DNA of 64,000 nucleotides from Clostridia bacterium (GTDB lineage Bacteria; Bacillota; Clostridia; Oscillospirales; CAG-272): NCBI GenBank assembly GCA_017481495.1, contig JAFUPC010000011.1, positions 58,711 to 122,710 of the forward strand, read 5' to 3'. Shown piece by piece: positions 37,349 to 46,856 of this stretch (position 1 is its first letter; each line of letters starts with the position of its first letter). The notes under the pieces were generated by a model. It saw only the letters and a program-made list of their open reading frames with translations, ran no database searches and was not told where the DNA came from. The position numbers and the translations under genes were made by a program.

Positions 37349-40300
37349 ATGACAAAAAAAGAAGCCAGACAGCAGAACCTCCGGACGCTGCACCCCGGGA
37401 CACAGGTGTTTTCCGGTGCGTGGATGACGGGCGTGGGACTGCTTCTGCGGCTCGTGCCGGCGGTGTGCCTGGTTGTCGGGCTGTACCTGTTTACCGACAA
37501 CGCATTCGGTCTCGGGACACCGAAAATACTGTATATTCCCATCCTCATTGCCGCCGTTTTTCTCTACGGCGGGATGTGCTGGAATAAAATCGTCAATGTG
37601 CTCGGCTGGATTCTGACCGGCGCGGGCGCGGTGCTGTTATTCGTTCACGGCATGGGACAGGGGATGAACCCCGTCGCCTTTGCGTGGATGCTCATCCGCA
37701 GTCTCTTTAACTCCGCCGTGTCGTACATGATGACCGTCGGGTACGGCGTTCTGTACGTCTTCAAACTGGAAACGCCGCTGACCGTGGAGGAAGAGCTTTA
37801 CTGGGCGCAGATTCTGTTCCTTGTCATTGAGATCGCCGCGGCGATGATCGTGGCGTTTTCCTCAGCAAAAGTATTGCGTGTCATCCCCGTCGCCATTGTG
37901 ACGGCGATCCCGTACATCCTTGTGTTCCTTTATAACATTTCCACCGCGAAATGGGGCTTTGCGCTGTCCGTTGCCGGCATCTGCGGATTTCTCTGCATGG
38001 CAATGGCGGACAAATACGCCAAAGAACCGCGCCACCGTGTCGTGACCGCGGCAGAACTGGATGGCGTTTCGCCAGGCGCACTGCCGTCTGCAAGCAACGC
38101 TGACAATATGGAAAATACCGACGGCCTGTCTGTGCTCCTGTCCGAGGAAGCGGAAACGGAAACCGGGTGGGCAGACGACGACCCGAAGCGTTTCTCAAAA
38201 AAACTTTCCCTGCGCGGCAGTGCCGCCGTCGGCTATGCGGCGGTGTTCTGTACCGTGCTTGCACTGCTTGCCGGCGCGATTCCCGCGGCAAAGGTGAAAA
38301 ACATCTGGCGCACCTACGATACCATCGACACCGTCATGGAGACCATCCGCGCCTACGAGATGGCACTCATCACAGGCGAGGATATGCAGATTTCCGACCT
38401 CGGTCTGACGGGTGCGGCGGAAATATTGGAAGCGCGCTCCGCCATCGCGACCCCGCGCTATTTCACGGGAAAAACGGTACTCGAAGTACAGTCCAATCTG
38501 AGCCTGCCCGTCTATCTGCGTTCGTGGGTATCGACCACGTTTGAAAATGACCTCTGGCACGTCGCGGATGAAGCCGTCCGTGGACAGTTCAAGGATTCCT
38601 TCTCCGACGATTTCCGCGCCGAGGACATCACCTATCGGTTCTTCCGCAACTTAAACACCCGGCTCGTCCGGTACAATTCCAAAACGTCCTACGCCAACCA
38701 CGAGGAAGACGGCTACCTGACAACGCTCATTTCCCTCAGAAACATGGGTGTTGCCGGCAATATCCTGTTCTTACCCTCCCGGTTTGACTCGGAGACGTCG
38801 CTTTTGCAGTACGGAACGCTTGACGAGCCGTACAAAAAGAACTGGATCAACTACTTTGACGGCATCGCCTATTCCCGCGCGTTCCACAAGGGTGCGAAAT
38901 ATTCCGCCGTCACAAGCATTCCCATCTACAAGGACGAGGAATGGATGCAGACCCTGAACCAAAAGCTCGCCGCCTACGACAGCTTCATGAACGTCTACCA
39001 ATACGTCGGAAGTGACATTGACATCCTGTTTGCGCAGGAGGACTATATGTTCCAGTCGACCTTCACCAACCTCTATTCGCTTGACCGGCTCCAAGAGTAC
39101 ATCACAGAGCTTGACGAGGACGGCAAACGGCAGTTTCTTGTCGAGATGCTGGAGGTGGAAAACTACAACGACTACGTCGCGGAATCCGGACTGTATACGT
39201 CCCTGACGGGAGACGATGCGCTGGACGAAAAACTGCGCACGCTCGCCGTTTCGATCATCTTTGACGAACCCCTGCCGGACACCGGGCTTGAGGTGAGCGG
39301 TTTCCAGATGGCGGAGGGAGACGACTGCGACCTGACCGATGCCATCGGACAGTATGCGGCAACGCTGACAGTCGGGGATGTGCTTGACACCGTTTACGGC
39401 ACTGACAAAGGAAATCTCTATTATGACTGGGGATTCGGCATCGTTCAGCCGGAGGGAGAGCAGGTCGTTTACCGTTACCGTTCCGACGACGGGGAAGAAG
39501 ACCTCATCTTTGAGGAAAACGACGTGACCGCACAGCTGGACGAAAAGCTGGACAAACTGCTGTCTACGCCCCTTGTTACCATAAAGGAGATCCGCGGCAC
39601 GGACGATTCCCTCATCGACACGGAATACTATGTCAATGTGCCGGATGTCTTCTATCAATTCCTGTCGGAATACCTTTCCGGCTCCGAGCTGGGCAATTCC
39701 GTCTACCATACCGCCTTTGCACAGCGCATCGCACAGTATCTGTCGGAAAATATGACATATACCCTGAATCCCACCCTGCCCGAAACGGCGGAGGAAAAGG
39801 CGATGTCGTCCGTGGAACGATTCCTGTTCGTGACCAAAGAGGGGTACTGCGTGCAGTATGCCACCTCCGCGACGCTGCTTCTGCGCGCGGTTGGTGTCCC
39901 GACCCGGTATGTCGAGGGATACATCGCCGACAAGTTCGTCAAGAATACGGATGAGGATCGGGCGGGGAATTATATCTGCAACGTCAAGGACTCCAACGCG
40001 CACGCATGGTGCGAAATTTACCTTGAAAATTACGGCTGGCTGACGACCGAGGTCACGACCCCCTATTACAGCGACCTCTACGACCCCTACGAGACGGTCA
40101 GCTATAACCGCAATTACGATGAGAACATCGGCATGACGGAAACGCCCATTGCCGACGATACCGTCATCGAGGACGAAGAAGACACGTTCTGGGACATCTG
40201 GGGCACGACGATCGTCACCGCCGTTATCGTCCTTGCCGTCCTTGCCGCCGTCGTCTGGCTGCTCGTGCGGTTCTTTGCATCCCGCGCCGATATGCGCTAC

Positions 40301-40663
40301 CGCCACGAAGCACTTTTGCGCGATGCGAAACGCTATCTCATCGAAGACGATTCCCGCGCCGCCGCCGCATCCGCCCTCTACGACAACCTGCGCCGTCTCG
40401 CCTCTGCCCTCGGCATCCGCCCCCTGCGCGGTGAGACCCCAGCCGAATACGCCCGCCGTCTGGATACAAATTTCAAAATGTCCCACGGCGGTGCGGAAAG
40501 TGTTCTTTCCGTCATTGAAAAGAACGAATTCGGAACAGAGCCTGTGACAAAGGAAGAGCTTGCTGACTTTGCGGATTACATCGTCCGGCTGGAAGATGTC
40601 GTCCGCGGGGAATACGGATTCTTTACGATGTTCCGGGTACGGTATTTCATGGGACTGATGTGA
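37349..40663 (+). CDS. Transglutaminase-like multi-pass membrane protein (TgpA/YebA type) with an enlarged extracytoplasmic region
   Basis: Transglutaminase core EGYCVQYATSATLLLRAVGVPTRYVEGY...NAHAWCEIYLENYGW (Cys-His-Asp type). N-terminal TM bundle, C-terminal TM plus a DUF4129-like tail. The start at 37349 (MTKKEAR) is preferred over ORF-track 37229, which lies inside a repeat. Confidence 0.85.
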   Translation: MTKKEARQQNLRTLHPGTQVFSGAWMTGVGLLLRLVPAVCLVVGLYLFTDNAFGLGTPKILYIPILIAAVFLYGGMCWNKIVNVLGWILTGAGAVLLFVHGMGQGMNPVAFAWMLIRSLFNSAVSYMMTVGYGVLYVFKLETPLTVEEELYWAQILFLVIEIAAAMIVAFSSAKVLRVIPVAIVTAIPYILVFLYNISTAKWGFALSVAGICGFLCMAMADKYAKEPRHRVVTAAELDGVSPGALPSASNADNMENTDGLSVLLSEEAETETGWADDDPKRFSKKLSLRGSAAVGYAAVFCTVLALLAGAIPAAKVKNIWRTYDTIDTVMETIRAYEMALITGEDMQISDLGLTGAAEILEARSAIATPRYFTGKTVLEVQSNLSLPVYLRSWVSTTFENDLWHVADEAVRGQFKDSFSDDFRAEDITYRFFRNLNTRLVRYNSKTSYANHEEDGYLTTLISLRNMGVAGNILFLPSRFDSETSLLQYGTLDEPYKKNWINYFDGIAYSRAFHKGAKYSAVTSIPIYKDEEWMQTLNQKLAAYDSFMNVYQYVGSDIDILFAQEDYMFQSTFTNLYSLDRLQEYITELDEDGKRQFLVEMLEVENYNDYVAESGLYTSLTGDDALDEKLRTLAVSIIFDEPLPDTGLEVSGFQMAEGDDCDLTDAIGQYAATLTVGDVLDTVYGTDKGNLYYDWGFGIVQPEGEQVVYRYRSDDGEEDLIFEENDVTAQLDEKLDKLLSTPLVTIKEIRGTDDSLIDTEYYVNVPDVFYQFLSEYLSGSELGNSVYHTAFAQRIAQYLSENMTYTLNPTLPETAEEKAMSSVERFLFVTKEGYCVQYATSATLLLRAVGVPTRYVEGYIADKFVKNTDEDRAGNYICNVKDSNAHAWCEIYLENYGWLTTEVTTPYYSDLYDPYETVSYNRNYDENIGMTETPIADDTVIEDEEDTFWDIWGTTIVTAVIVLAVLAAVVWLLVRFFASRADMRYRHEALLRDAKRYLIEDDSRAAAASALYDNLRRLASALGIRPLRGETPAEYARRLDTNFKMSHGGAESVLSVIEKNEFGTEPVTKEELADFADYIVRLEDVVRGEYGFFTMFRVRYFMGLM

Positions 40664-40757
40664 ACGATATATTCGATAACCTGTCACCATCCGTTGAAAC
40701 AGAATATACTTGATAGGTATGATCTCGGTCAGAGGGGGGCATCGAATCAATCTAATA

Positions 40758-40786
40758 AAAGAGCCGCCCGGTGGGCGGCTTTTTTG
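40758..40786 (+). terminator. Rho-independent terminator of the moxR operon
   Basis: AGCCGCCC-ggt-GGGCGGCT followed by TTTTT. Confidence 0.75.
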
Positions 40787-40846
40787 AGGGAAGAGGGAAA
40801 AAGTGTCGATGACGATATTGATTTACGCTGTACGTTCCCGGGATTT

Positions 40847-40900
40847 TATAGGGGCGTCCCGGTTTCGCGAAGCGAAACCATATAGGCATCCCCTACAAAC
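40847..40900. repeat. Family-C palindromic repeat
   Basis: TATAGGGGCGTCCC-GGTTTCGCgaaGCGAAACC-ATATAGGCATCCCCTACA. The GCGAAGC mini-hairpin core is flanked by inverted TAGGGG/CCCCTA arms. Confidence 0.55.
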
Positions 40901-40953
40901 ACAGAAAAGGCGTTTCCTCATTCCTTATATGCCAACATCCCCCCAAAAGAACC

Positions 40954-42339
40954 TTACTGTATCGCCTTATCCTTCCACTTCCCGCGCAGATAAAAGATCG
41001 TCGTCAGAGCAGCACCGGCAAGCCACGAAACAAGCAGCGAGATCTGAATACATTCCTGATTACCGTAGGGAAGCGCTTCCGTGCGGGTGAGGAACGAGAT
41101 GCCGTATGCGATCGGCACGCGGAGAAGGACGGTCTGGACGAGGGAGATCCACATGGGGGTCATCGTGTCGCCCGCGCCGCGCATGATACCGGAGAGGCTC
41201 TGCGTGACGGCGACCGCGATGTAGCCGACGGCAAGGATCTTCATCAGATGATAACTCAGCTCAACCAGCGACTGCGTGTCCGTGAAGATGTGCATCAGCC
41301 CCTTGCCGAAAATAAGAATCAGAAGCGTAATGACCGTGGAACAGCCGACCGCCATCAGAGTCCCCTGCTTTGCGCCCAGCGTGACGCGGTCCATTTTCTT
41401 TGCGCCGACGTTCTGACCCGCGTAGGTGGTCAGCGCGGTACCGAACGAGAAGTTCGGCATCATGGCAAAGCCGTCCACGCGCATGATAACGACGTTCGCG
41501 GCGATGAACTGCTCCCCGAAGCTGTTTGTCAGGGATTGCACAATGATCATCGCGGAGGAGAAAATCGCCTGTGTCAGACCGGCGGGAAGACCGAGCCGCA
41601 CGATGGTCTTCATGTAGCTGCCGACGGGCTTCATTTCTTTTAAGGTCAGATCAAAGTTCTCCTGCATTTTTGTCAGCTTGACAAGACAGCAGACGGCGGA
41701 AACGATCTGCGCGATGATGGTCGCAAGCGCAACGCCGGGAACGCCCATTTCCAGAACGGCGACGAAGAACACGTCCAGCACGATGTTGATGACCGTCGCA
41801 ATGAGCAGATACACAAGGGCGGAAACCGAGTCGCCCATTCCGCGGATGATACCGGAGAGAATGTTGTAATACGCCAGCCCCGCAATGCCGATGACGCAGA
41901 TGCGCAGATACGCGGCGCAGTCCGCAAGGATGGATTCGGGTGTGTTCAGCATGACGAGAATCGGTTCGATGAGCGGCATCATCACGGCAATCAGAAGCAC
42001 ACAGCAGATGGCAGTGATGGTGATGCAGTTGCCGATGGTGTGGGACAGGGCTTCGCGGTTGCGCGCACCGTAATACTGCGAAACCATGATGGTTGCGCCG
42101 GACGAGATGCCGATGAACAGCACCAAGAGCATATTGACGATGGGGCCGGCAGAGCCGACGGCGGAGAGGGCGTTGTCGCCGATGTACTTGCCGACGACGA
42201 TGGTGTCAACCGTGTTGTAAAGCTGCTGTGCAATGTTGCCGAGCAGCATCGGCAGCGTGAACATGGCAATGGCTTTCCACGGCGTTCCGACCGTCATGTC
42301 GGTCGGGGCAAACAATTTCCGGAAGATGTTCTGTTTCAA
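40954..42339 (-). CDS. MATE-family efflux transporter
   Basis: 12-TM protein with the N-terminal motif PMLLGNIAQQLYNTVDTIVVG. Proposed TTG start at 42339, 7 nt after an AAGGAG SD. The ORF-track start at 42465 is an upstream extension. Confidence 0.85.
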   Translation of the reverse strand: MKQNIFRKLFAPTDMTVGTPWKAIAMFTLPMLLGNIAQQLYNTVDTIVVGKYIGDNALSAVGSAGPIVNMLLVLFIGISSGATIMVSQYYGARNREALSHTIGNCITITAICCVLLIAVMMPLIEPILVMLNTPESILADCAAYLRICVIGIAGLAYYNILSGIIRGMGDSVSALVYLLIATVINIVLDVFFVAVLEMGVPGVALATIIAQIVSAVCCLVKLTKMQENFDLTLKEMKPVGSYMKTIVRLGLPAGLTQAIFSSAMIIVQSLTNSFGEQFIAANVVIMRVDGFAMMPNFSFGTALTTYAGQNVGAKKMDRVTLGAKQGTLMAVGCSTVITLLILIFGKGLMHIFTDTQSLVELSYHLMKILAVGYIAVAVTQSLSGIMRGAGDTMTPMWISLVQTVLLRVPIAYGISFLTRTEALPYGNQECIQISLLVSWLAGAALTTIFYLRGKWKDKAIQ

Positions 42340-42376
42340 AGGGAGTCTCCTTAAACGGTGTAAAAATGATGGTTTT

Positions 42377-43009
42377 TTATATTGCGAAAATGTTGATGAG
42401 AATCTGTCCCACCGGATACAGCCACCAGATGAGCCAGCCGAAGTCCGAGATGCCCGCAAGCGCATCCAGACCGATGATCATGTCAGAGAGCAGAAACGAC
42501 AGCGCACCGATGCCGGCGAGCGCCATATACGGTTTCTTTCCCTCGGTCACCGATGCCCACGCATACGAGAAAATCGTCGCACAGTTGCAGGTGATGACAA
42601 TAAGATACAACATACACAGAAAATACATCGAAAAGTCGTTCCGCTGTGCGCATACCACGGTGAAATACACAAGGCACGCAAGCGCAATGACGAGCGCCGC
42701 GACAACACCGCCGTTAAAAAATTTGTAACTCTTTGCCTTTGCATACATCCGGTAGGAAGTGAGATACAAGATGTGCGCGACCATAAAGAACGCTGCACCG
42801 AGAACAAAGCAGTTCCCGCCGAAAATTTCTTCCAGATTGCCGAAGCGTGTCATAAAGAGGTCGCCGACCGAAGACGTCGCCATCGCCGCAAAGCAGATCC
42901 ACGCGGCTTTTTTCTTTTTGCATACGGCAAGCACAAGGGACAACAGCGACATCAGCATTGTCAGGACAAATGTCCCCGGCAGACCGAACCATGCGAAGTA
43001 TTCATTCAT
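42377..43009 (-). CDS. YhhN-like (lysoplasmalogenase family) membrane protein
   Basis: 210-aa, roughly 7-TM ORF with GDLFM and FMVAHILY segments reminiscent of YhhN. Assignment rests on pattern only. Confidence 0.5.
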   Translation of the reverse strand: MNEYFAWFGLPGTFVLTMLMSLLSLVLAVCKKKKAAWICFAAMATSSVGDLFMTRFGNLEEIFGGNCFVLGAAFFMVAHILYLTSYRMYAKAKSYKFFNGGVVAALVIALACLVYFTVVCAQRNDFSMYFLCMLYLIVITCNCATIFSYAWASVTEGKKPYMALAGIGALSFLLSDMIIGLDALAGISDFGWLIWWLYPVGQILINIFAI

Positions 43010-43083
43010 GGGAGGTTTTGTTCCTTTCTGTTGTTTTGGGGGTGGGTGTATAGGGCTTTCCTGCGGTCACCGCATCTCCAAAC

Positions 43084-43821
43084 TCACAATCTCCCCAGCA
43101 CCCGCATCAGCGGCACGGGGTCATTGGCGGTGATGAGATCCGCGCCGCGCTCGATGCACAGGCGCACGTCGGCCTCGTTGTCCGCGCAGTACATATGGAC
43201 GGGCATACCCTTGTCCACATAGAATTTGCACAGCTCCGAGCGCACGAACATCATCGACAGACCGATTTCCTCGTAATAATCGTAGGAATCCGCTTCAAAT
43301 TCGCCCATCTGAATGTCGGGATAGCCCATTGTGCGGCCGTTGTACTTCGTTTTGAGATATTTGATGATGCGCGCGTTGAATGCGTAGAAATAGCACCGCT
43401 CAAAGACACCGTATTGTTTCAGAAGCGCGACGGTCAGGTCAACGGTCTCCTCGGTGTATTCCTTAATTTCCACGCCGTACATAATTTTGCCCGGGCGCAG
43501 GGACTCGGCAAGCTGAAGCGTTTCCTCTAAGGTCGGGACTTTGATGCCTTGCCCGACATACGCATCGCCGAACTTTTCCGTGTAGGCGGGTTCCAGTGTG
43601 AGGACTTCTTCATAGTTCATGTCGCGCAGATGACGGTCGACACCGCACGTCCGCCGCGCGTTCCCGTCGTGCATGAGAACGGGGACTTTGTCTTTGGTCA
43701 GCCAGACGTCGAACTCAAACGCATCCACGCCAAGCTCGATTGCCGCCCGGTAAGACGGAAGCGTGTTCTCCGGATATTTCGCGCAGTACCCGCGATGACC
43801 TTCTACGATGATGGATTTCAT
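43084..43821 (-). CDS. Glycerophosphodiester phosphodiesterase
   Basis: 245 aa. N-terminal GDPD signature HRGYCAKYPENTLPSYRAAIELGVDAFEFDV. Confidence 0.9.
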   Translation of the reverse strand: MKSIIVEGHRGYCAKYPENTLPSYRAAIELGVDAFEFDVWLTKDKVPVLMHDGNARRTCGVDRHLRDMNYEEVLTLEPAYTEKFGDAYVGQGIKVPTLEETLQLAESLRPGKIMYGVEIKEYTEETVDLTVALLKQYGVFERCYFYAFNARIIKYLKTKYNGRTMGYPDIQMGEFEADSYDYYEEIGLSMMFVRSELCKFYVDKGMPVHMYCADNEADVRLCIERGADLITANDPVPLMRVLGRL

Positions 43822-43865
43822 GGTGTGGCTCCTTTCAGATATGGGTGATGGGGGTGTATTTTGTA

Positions 43866-43966
43866 ATATGTTGTAACGTTGTTATTTTTGATTTGGTGAG
43901 AACACAGACTGAACGGTTTGCACAAGAAACCTTCCCTCTTGTATTCTTGCCAAAGTAATATAATCC
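43866..43966. repeat. Family-A repeat, copy 8
   Basis: ..GTAACGTTGTTATTTTTGATTTGGTGAGAACACAGACTGAACGGTTTGCACAAGAAACCTTCCCTCTTGTATTCTTGCCAAAG. Confidence 0.65.
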
Positions 43967-43969
43967 CCC

Positions 43970-45202
43970 TCAAATCACCTGAAACAAATAAAATTTCAGA
44001 TAATCCGTCTCCGGCACGTTCCAGAGAATGGGGTGATCGGGCGCCTGCTGGCGGGCTTCGATCTGGCGCAGGGAGATGCGGGCATCATATGCCGCTTCCC
44101 GGAGCATCCGGCAGAAGAGGTCTGAGGGCATGAAGTGTGAGCAGGATGCCGTTGCGAAATAGCCGCCGCGCGGGAGGAGCTGCAGGGCTTTGCGGTTGAT
44201 CTCCCGATAGCCGCCGTAGGCATTTTTGACCGTGCCGGCGCTTTTCGTGAATGCCGGCGGATCCAATATGATCATGTCGTACTTGCGCTGTTTTTTGGCG
44301 TTCAATTCATCAAGATACGCAAACACGTCCGCGCAGATGAAGTCCATGCTGCCGGCAAGCCCGTTGCGCTCCGCGTTGCGGCGGGTCATGGCGATCGCAT
44401 CGGCGGAAATGTCCACGGCATCGACGTGCTTCGCCCCGGCTTTTGCCGCATTCAGCGCAAAGGAACCGGTGTGCGTAAAGCAGTCAAGCACCGTCCGTCC
44501 TTTTGCCAGCCGCGCCGCCGCGAGACGGTTGTATTTCTGGTCAAGGAAAAAGCCGGTCTTCTGCCCGTGCATAAAGTCTACATAATAATAAATACCGTTT
44601 TCGCAGATCTCTGTCTCCGTGATGGCAGGATCCGGTTCCAGTCCTTCGCAGGTATAGAACCCGGTGTTCTCCTCCATGCCCTCCAACTTCCGGATGGCGA
44701 CATCGTTGCGCTCATACAGCGCGCGGACGGGAACGCCCATCTCTGCCAGTACCCGCACGATGGCGGGGAAGATGATGTGCTTTCTCTGCTCGATGCCAAG
44801 CGACAGCGTTTCCGTGACAAGAACATCGCCCATGCGGTCAACGGTCAGGCCGGGGAACTGGTCGGCTTCGCCGAAAATGAGCCGACAGCAGAGAAAATCT
44901 TCGGGGGAACGCATGACGGTACGGCGGTATTCGATGGCGTAGCGCACGCGCCGTTCCCAGAACGCTTCGTCAAAGGTGTCATTTGCGTTGGTGGAGAGAA
45001 TGCGCACGCGGATCTTCGACGCGGAATTGTAAAATCCCGTCCCGAGATACCGCCCCCGCCGGGAAACGACATCGCATATAACGCCGTCCGCAGGTTTGGT
45101 GTCCGCCGTCACATCGGATTCATAGACCCAGACGTGCCCCGCGCGGATACGGGATTCACAGCGGTCGTCAACGGTGACAACGGGATAAGTTCTTTCTGAC
45201 AT
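43970..45202 (-). CDS. PUA-domain class I SAM-dependent rRNA (cytosine-C5) methyltransferase, RlmI/YwbD-like
   Basis: Start MSERTYPVV at 45202. SAM motif VLDCFTHTGSF. The ORF-track N-terminus (to 45556) is AT-rich non-coding readthrough. Confidence 0.85.
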   Translation of the reverse strand: MSERTYPVVTVDDRCESRIRAGHVWVYESDVTADTKPADGVICDVVSRRGRYLGTGFYNSASKIRVRILSTNANDTFDEAFWERRVRYAIEYRRTVMRSPEDFLCCRLIFGEADQFPGLTVDRMGDVLVTETLSLGIEQRKHIIFPAIVRVLAEMGVPVRALYERNDVAIRKLEGMEENTGFYTCEGLEPDPAITETEICENGIYYYVDFMHGQKTGFFLDQKYNRLAAARLAKGRTVLDCFTHTGSFALNAAKAGAKHVDAVDISADAIAMTRRNAERNGLAGSMDFICADVFAYLDELNAKKQRKYDMIILDPPAFTKSAGTVKNAYGGYREINRKALQLLPRGGYFATASCSHFMPSDLFCRMLREAAYDARISLRQIEARQQAPDHPILWNVPETDYLKFYLFQVI

Positions 45203-45405
45203 TGTTTTCAAATATTCCTTCAAAATTATGGGATATATAATTATTATACTACAAATCGGCGGGAATTGCAAGGGGTTTGCGGGAATACGGAGAATCTTTT
45301 TGATATAATCCCTTTTCATGTGTAGATGATTTGCGTTTTGATGGTTAATGTGATATATTGAAATATAAGAATTCCAAAAATATTGAGGCAAATCATACAA
45401 ATCTA

Positions 45406-45434
45406 TTGACAAATTTTGTGAAATATGGTAGAAT
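45406..45434 (+). promoter_or_regulatory. Near-consensus promoter of AT-rich cassette 1
   Basis: TTGACA (45406-45411), 17-nt spacer, TGG-TAGAAT (45426-45434). Context ctaTTGACAaattTTGTGAaaTATGGTAgAAT is nearly the same as the cassette-2 promoter at 50734. Confidence 0.65.
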
Positions 45435-45494
45435 ATGATTAGATAATTTAGAGCGAAATTCAGATATGACAACTTTATAGGAAAGGAGGAAAGA

Positions 45495-45572
45495 ATGCAA
45501 TCAAGGAACGAAAGGGGGATAGATTTCTGCATATCTGATTTACATACAGACATCAAAGTTACTTCTTTTTGA
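45495..45572 (+). CDS. Candidate 25-aa small ORF (MQSRNERGIDFCISDLHTDIKVTSF) in the cassette-1 leader
   Basis: ATG at 45495 lies 5 nt after AAAGGAGG (45482-45489) and about 55 nt downstream of the consensus promoter. Too short for the ORF track. Coding status unproven. Confidence 0.35.
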   Translation: MQSRNERGIDFCISDLHTDIKVTSF

Positions 45573-45635
45573 GGTCAAAAACAAAATAAAAATGAAAGGA
45601 CAGGCATAAATAGTATTTATGCTTGAGGTAGTATC

Positions 45636-45782
45636 ATGAAAAGGATTATTTCCTTTGTACTTACGTTAACTGTACTCATTATGAGTATGGGTTATCTCGT
45701 CTCCGCCTTTGACGATGTCAGTTCCGACCTTTCCAGTACCACCGTTTCCTCTTCAGAAAGAGAAGCCATTATTATATGTTGA
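45636..45782 (+). CDS. 48-codon ORF encoding a Sec-type signal peptide, out of frame with the downstream peptidase ORF (frameshifted 5' end of P1 or a separate small secreted peptide)
   Basis: GAGG SD lies 7 nt upstream. MKRIISFVLTLTVLIMSMGYLVSA-FDDVSSDLSSTTVSSSEREAIIIC, stop TGA at 45780-45782, overlapping the ATG at 45776 of the next ORF. A 1-nt indel in the ATTATTATAT tract would fuse the two frames. Confidence 0.45.
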   Translation: MKRIISFVLTLTVLIMSMGYLVSAFDDVSSDLSSTTVSSSEREAIIIC

Positions 45783-46771
45783 ACTTTGTCAACATGGATA
45801 AGGCTTATGTTGACCTTGAAGATGTTGACTTCGCCGATTTGGAAATCGGTGAAAGAATCAATCGGTATGAATATACCGATGCGGGATTCCAGTTATTGGA
45901 ATGCTATTCTTATCCCATCATTTATGATGGTGAAGTTGTGTTAATCGCAACTGCGGCGTATGAAGGAAGCCAGTTCGAGATCGGCACATTTGAAGCCGAT
46001 GCAATCAGAGAACGCGACTTGTCCTCTGTGGCATTTGTTTATGATGCCGCTGGATTTCATCTGTATGATGGAACGGATTTTGAATTGGTTTTAACCACGG
46101 ACGAACCGAACGACAACCGTGCATTTATCGCCGATCTTACGGATAATGCCGTTTCTGTTGCAAGCTATTCACTGCAAGAATCCGGAAGTGAATTGTGTAC
46201 AGCAGACTTGTCTGTTTCACAAAATCTTCGCTATCATAATACAAACGGTGGAATTTCCACTTACTCTATAAACATCGACGGATATTATTCCTGTACCGTT
46301 GATTATATCGCGCAGACGGATGAAACCAATTGTTGGGCCGCCTGTATTGCTATGATTGTGAATTATCTCAATTCAGATAACTCTGAAACTTGTGAAAGTG
46401 TGGCATCTGCATATCCTTCAATAACGGATGGTGCAAGTCTCACAAAAATGGCTACCATTATGAAAGACTTTGGATTCAGTTATTCAAGTTCTTCGATAAC
46501 TATGACGGATGAGCAGATTGTTGAAAATATTGATGCGTATTATCCAATTATAGGTGGATTCTGTGTGGTCATGGGAGCTAATCATGCTACGGTTATTGAT
46601 GCAATATACCCATCCGTCGGATATATCCGAGTATGCGATCCCGCGAGCGGGAGAAAATATGTATATCGCTCCACCGATGAGTCCCATGAATATTATGGAG
46701 AATATACTTATGTGAGTTCTAACACTGGCAATACGCTGTATATGAATGGACAAGTCGCAAAATTGTACTGA
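45776..46771 (+). CDS. Papain-fold cysteine peptidase, C39-like/YvpB-type C-terminal domain (P1)
   Basis: 331-aa ORF. Catalytic-type motifs Q-x5-NCWAACIAMIVNYL (Cys), GANHATVIDA (His) and YIRVCDP (Asp). AT-rich codon usage unlike the flanking genes. Confidence 0.75.
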   Translation: MLNFVNMDKAYVDLEDVDFADLEIGERINRYEYTDAGFQLLECYSYPIIYDGEVVLIATAAYEGSQFEIGTFEADAIRERDLSSVAFVYDAAGFHLYDGTDFELVLTTDEPNDNRAFIADLTDNAVSVASYSLQESGSELCTADLSVSQNLRYHNTNGGISTYSINIDGYYSCTVDYIAQTDETNCWAACIAMIVNYLNSDNSETCESVASAYPSITDGASLTKMATIMKDFGFSYSSSSITMTDEQIVENIDAYYPIIGGFCVVMGANHATVIDAIYPSVGYIRVCDPASGRKYVYRSTDESHEYYGEYTYVSSNTGNTLYMNGQVAKLY

Positions 46772-46856
46772 TATGACCCCAAAATCTTAAAAACAATTCG
46801 CCGTTTTCGTTGATAAAACGAAAAGTTGCAAATACTTATAAGGAGTTGGACTGTTT

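Noticed and set aside
45495-45572. The 25-aa sORF considered as an AgrD-like autoinducing peptide precursor or a double-glycine bacteriocin.
   Set aside because: There is no AgrB-like membrane peptidase, no GG/GA leader motif, and no amphipathic N-terminal leader. The ORF is kept only as an unclassified candidate.
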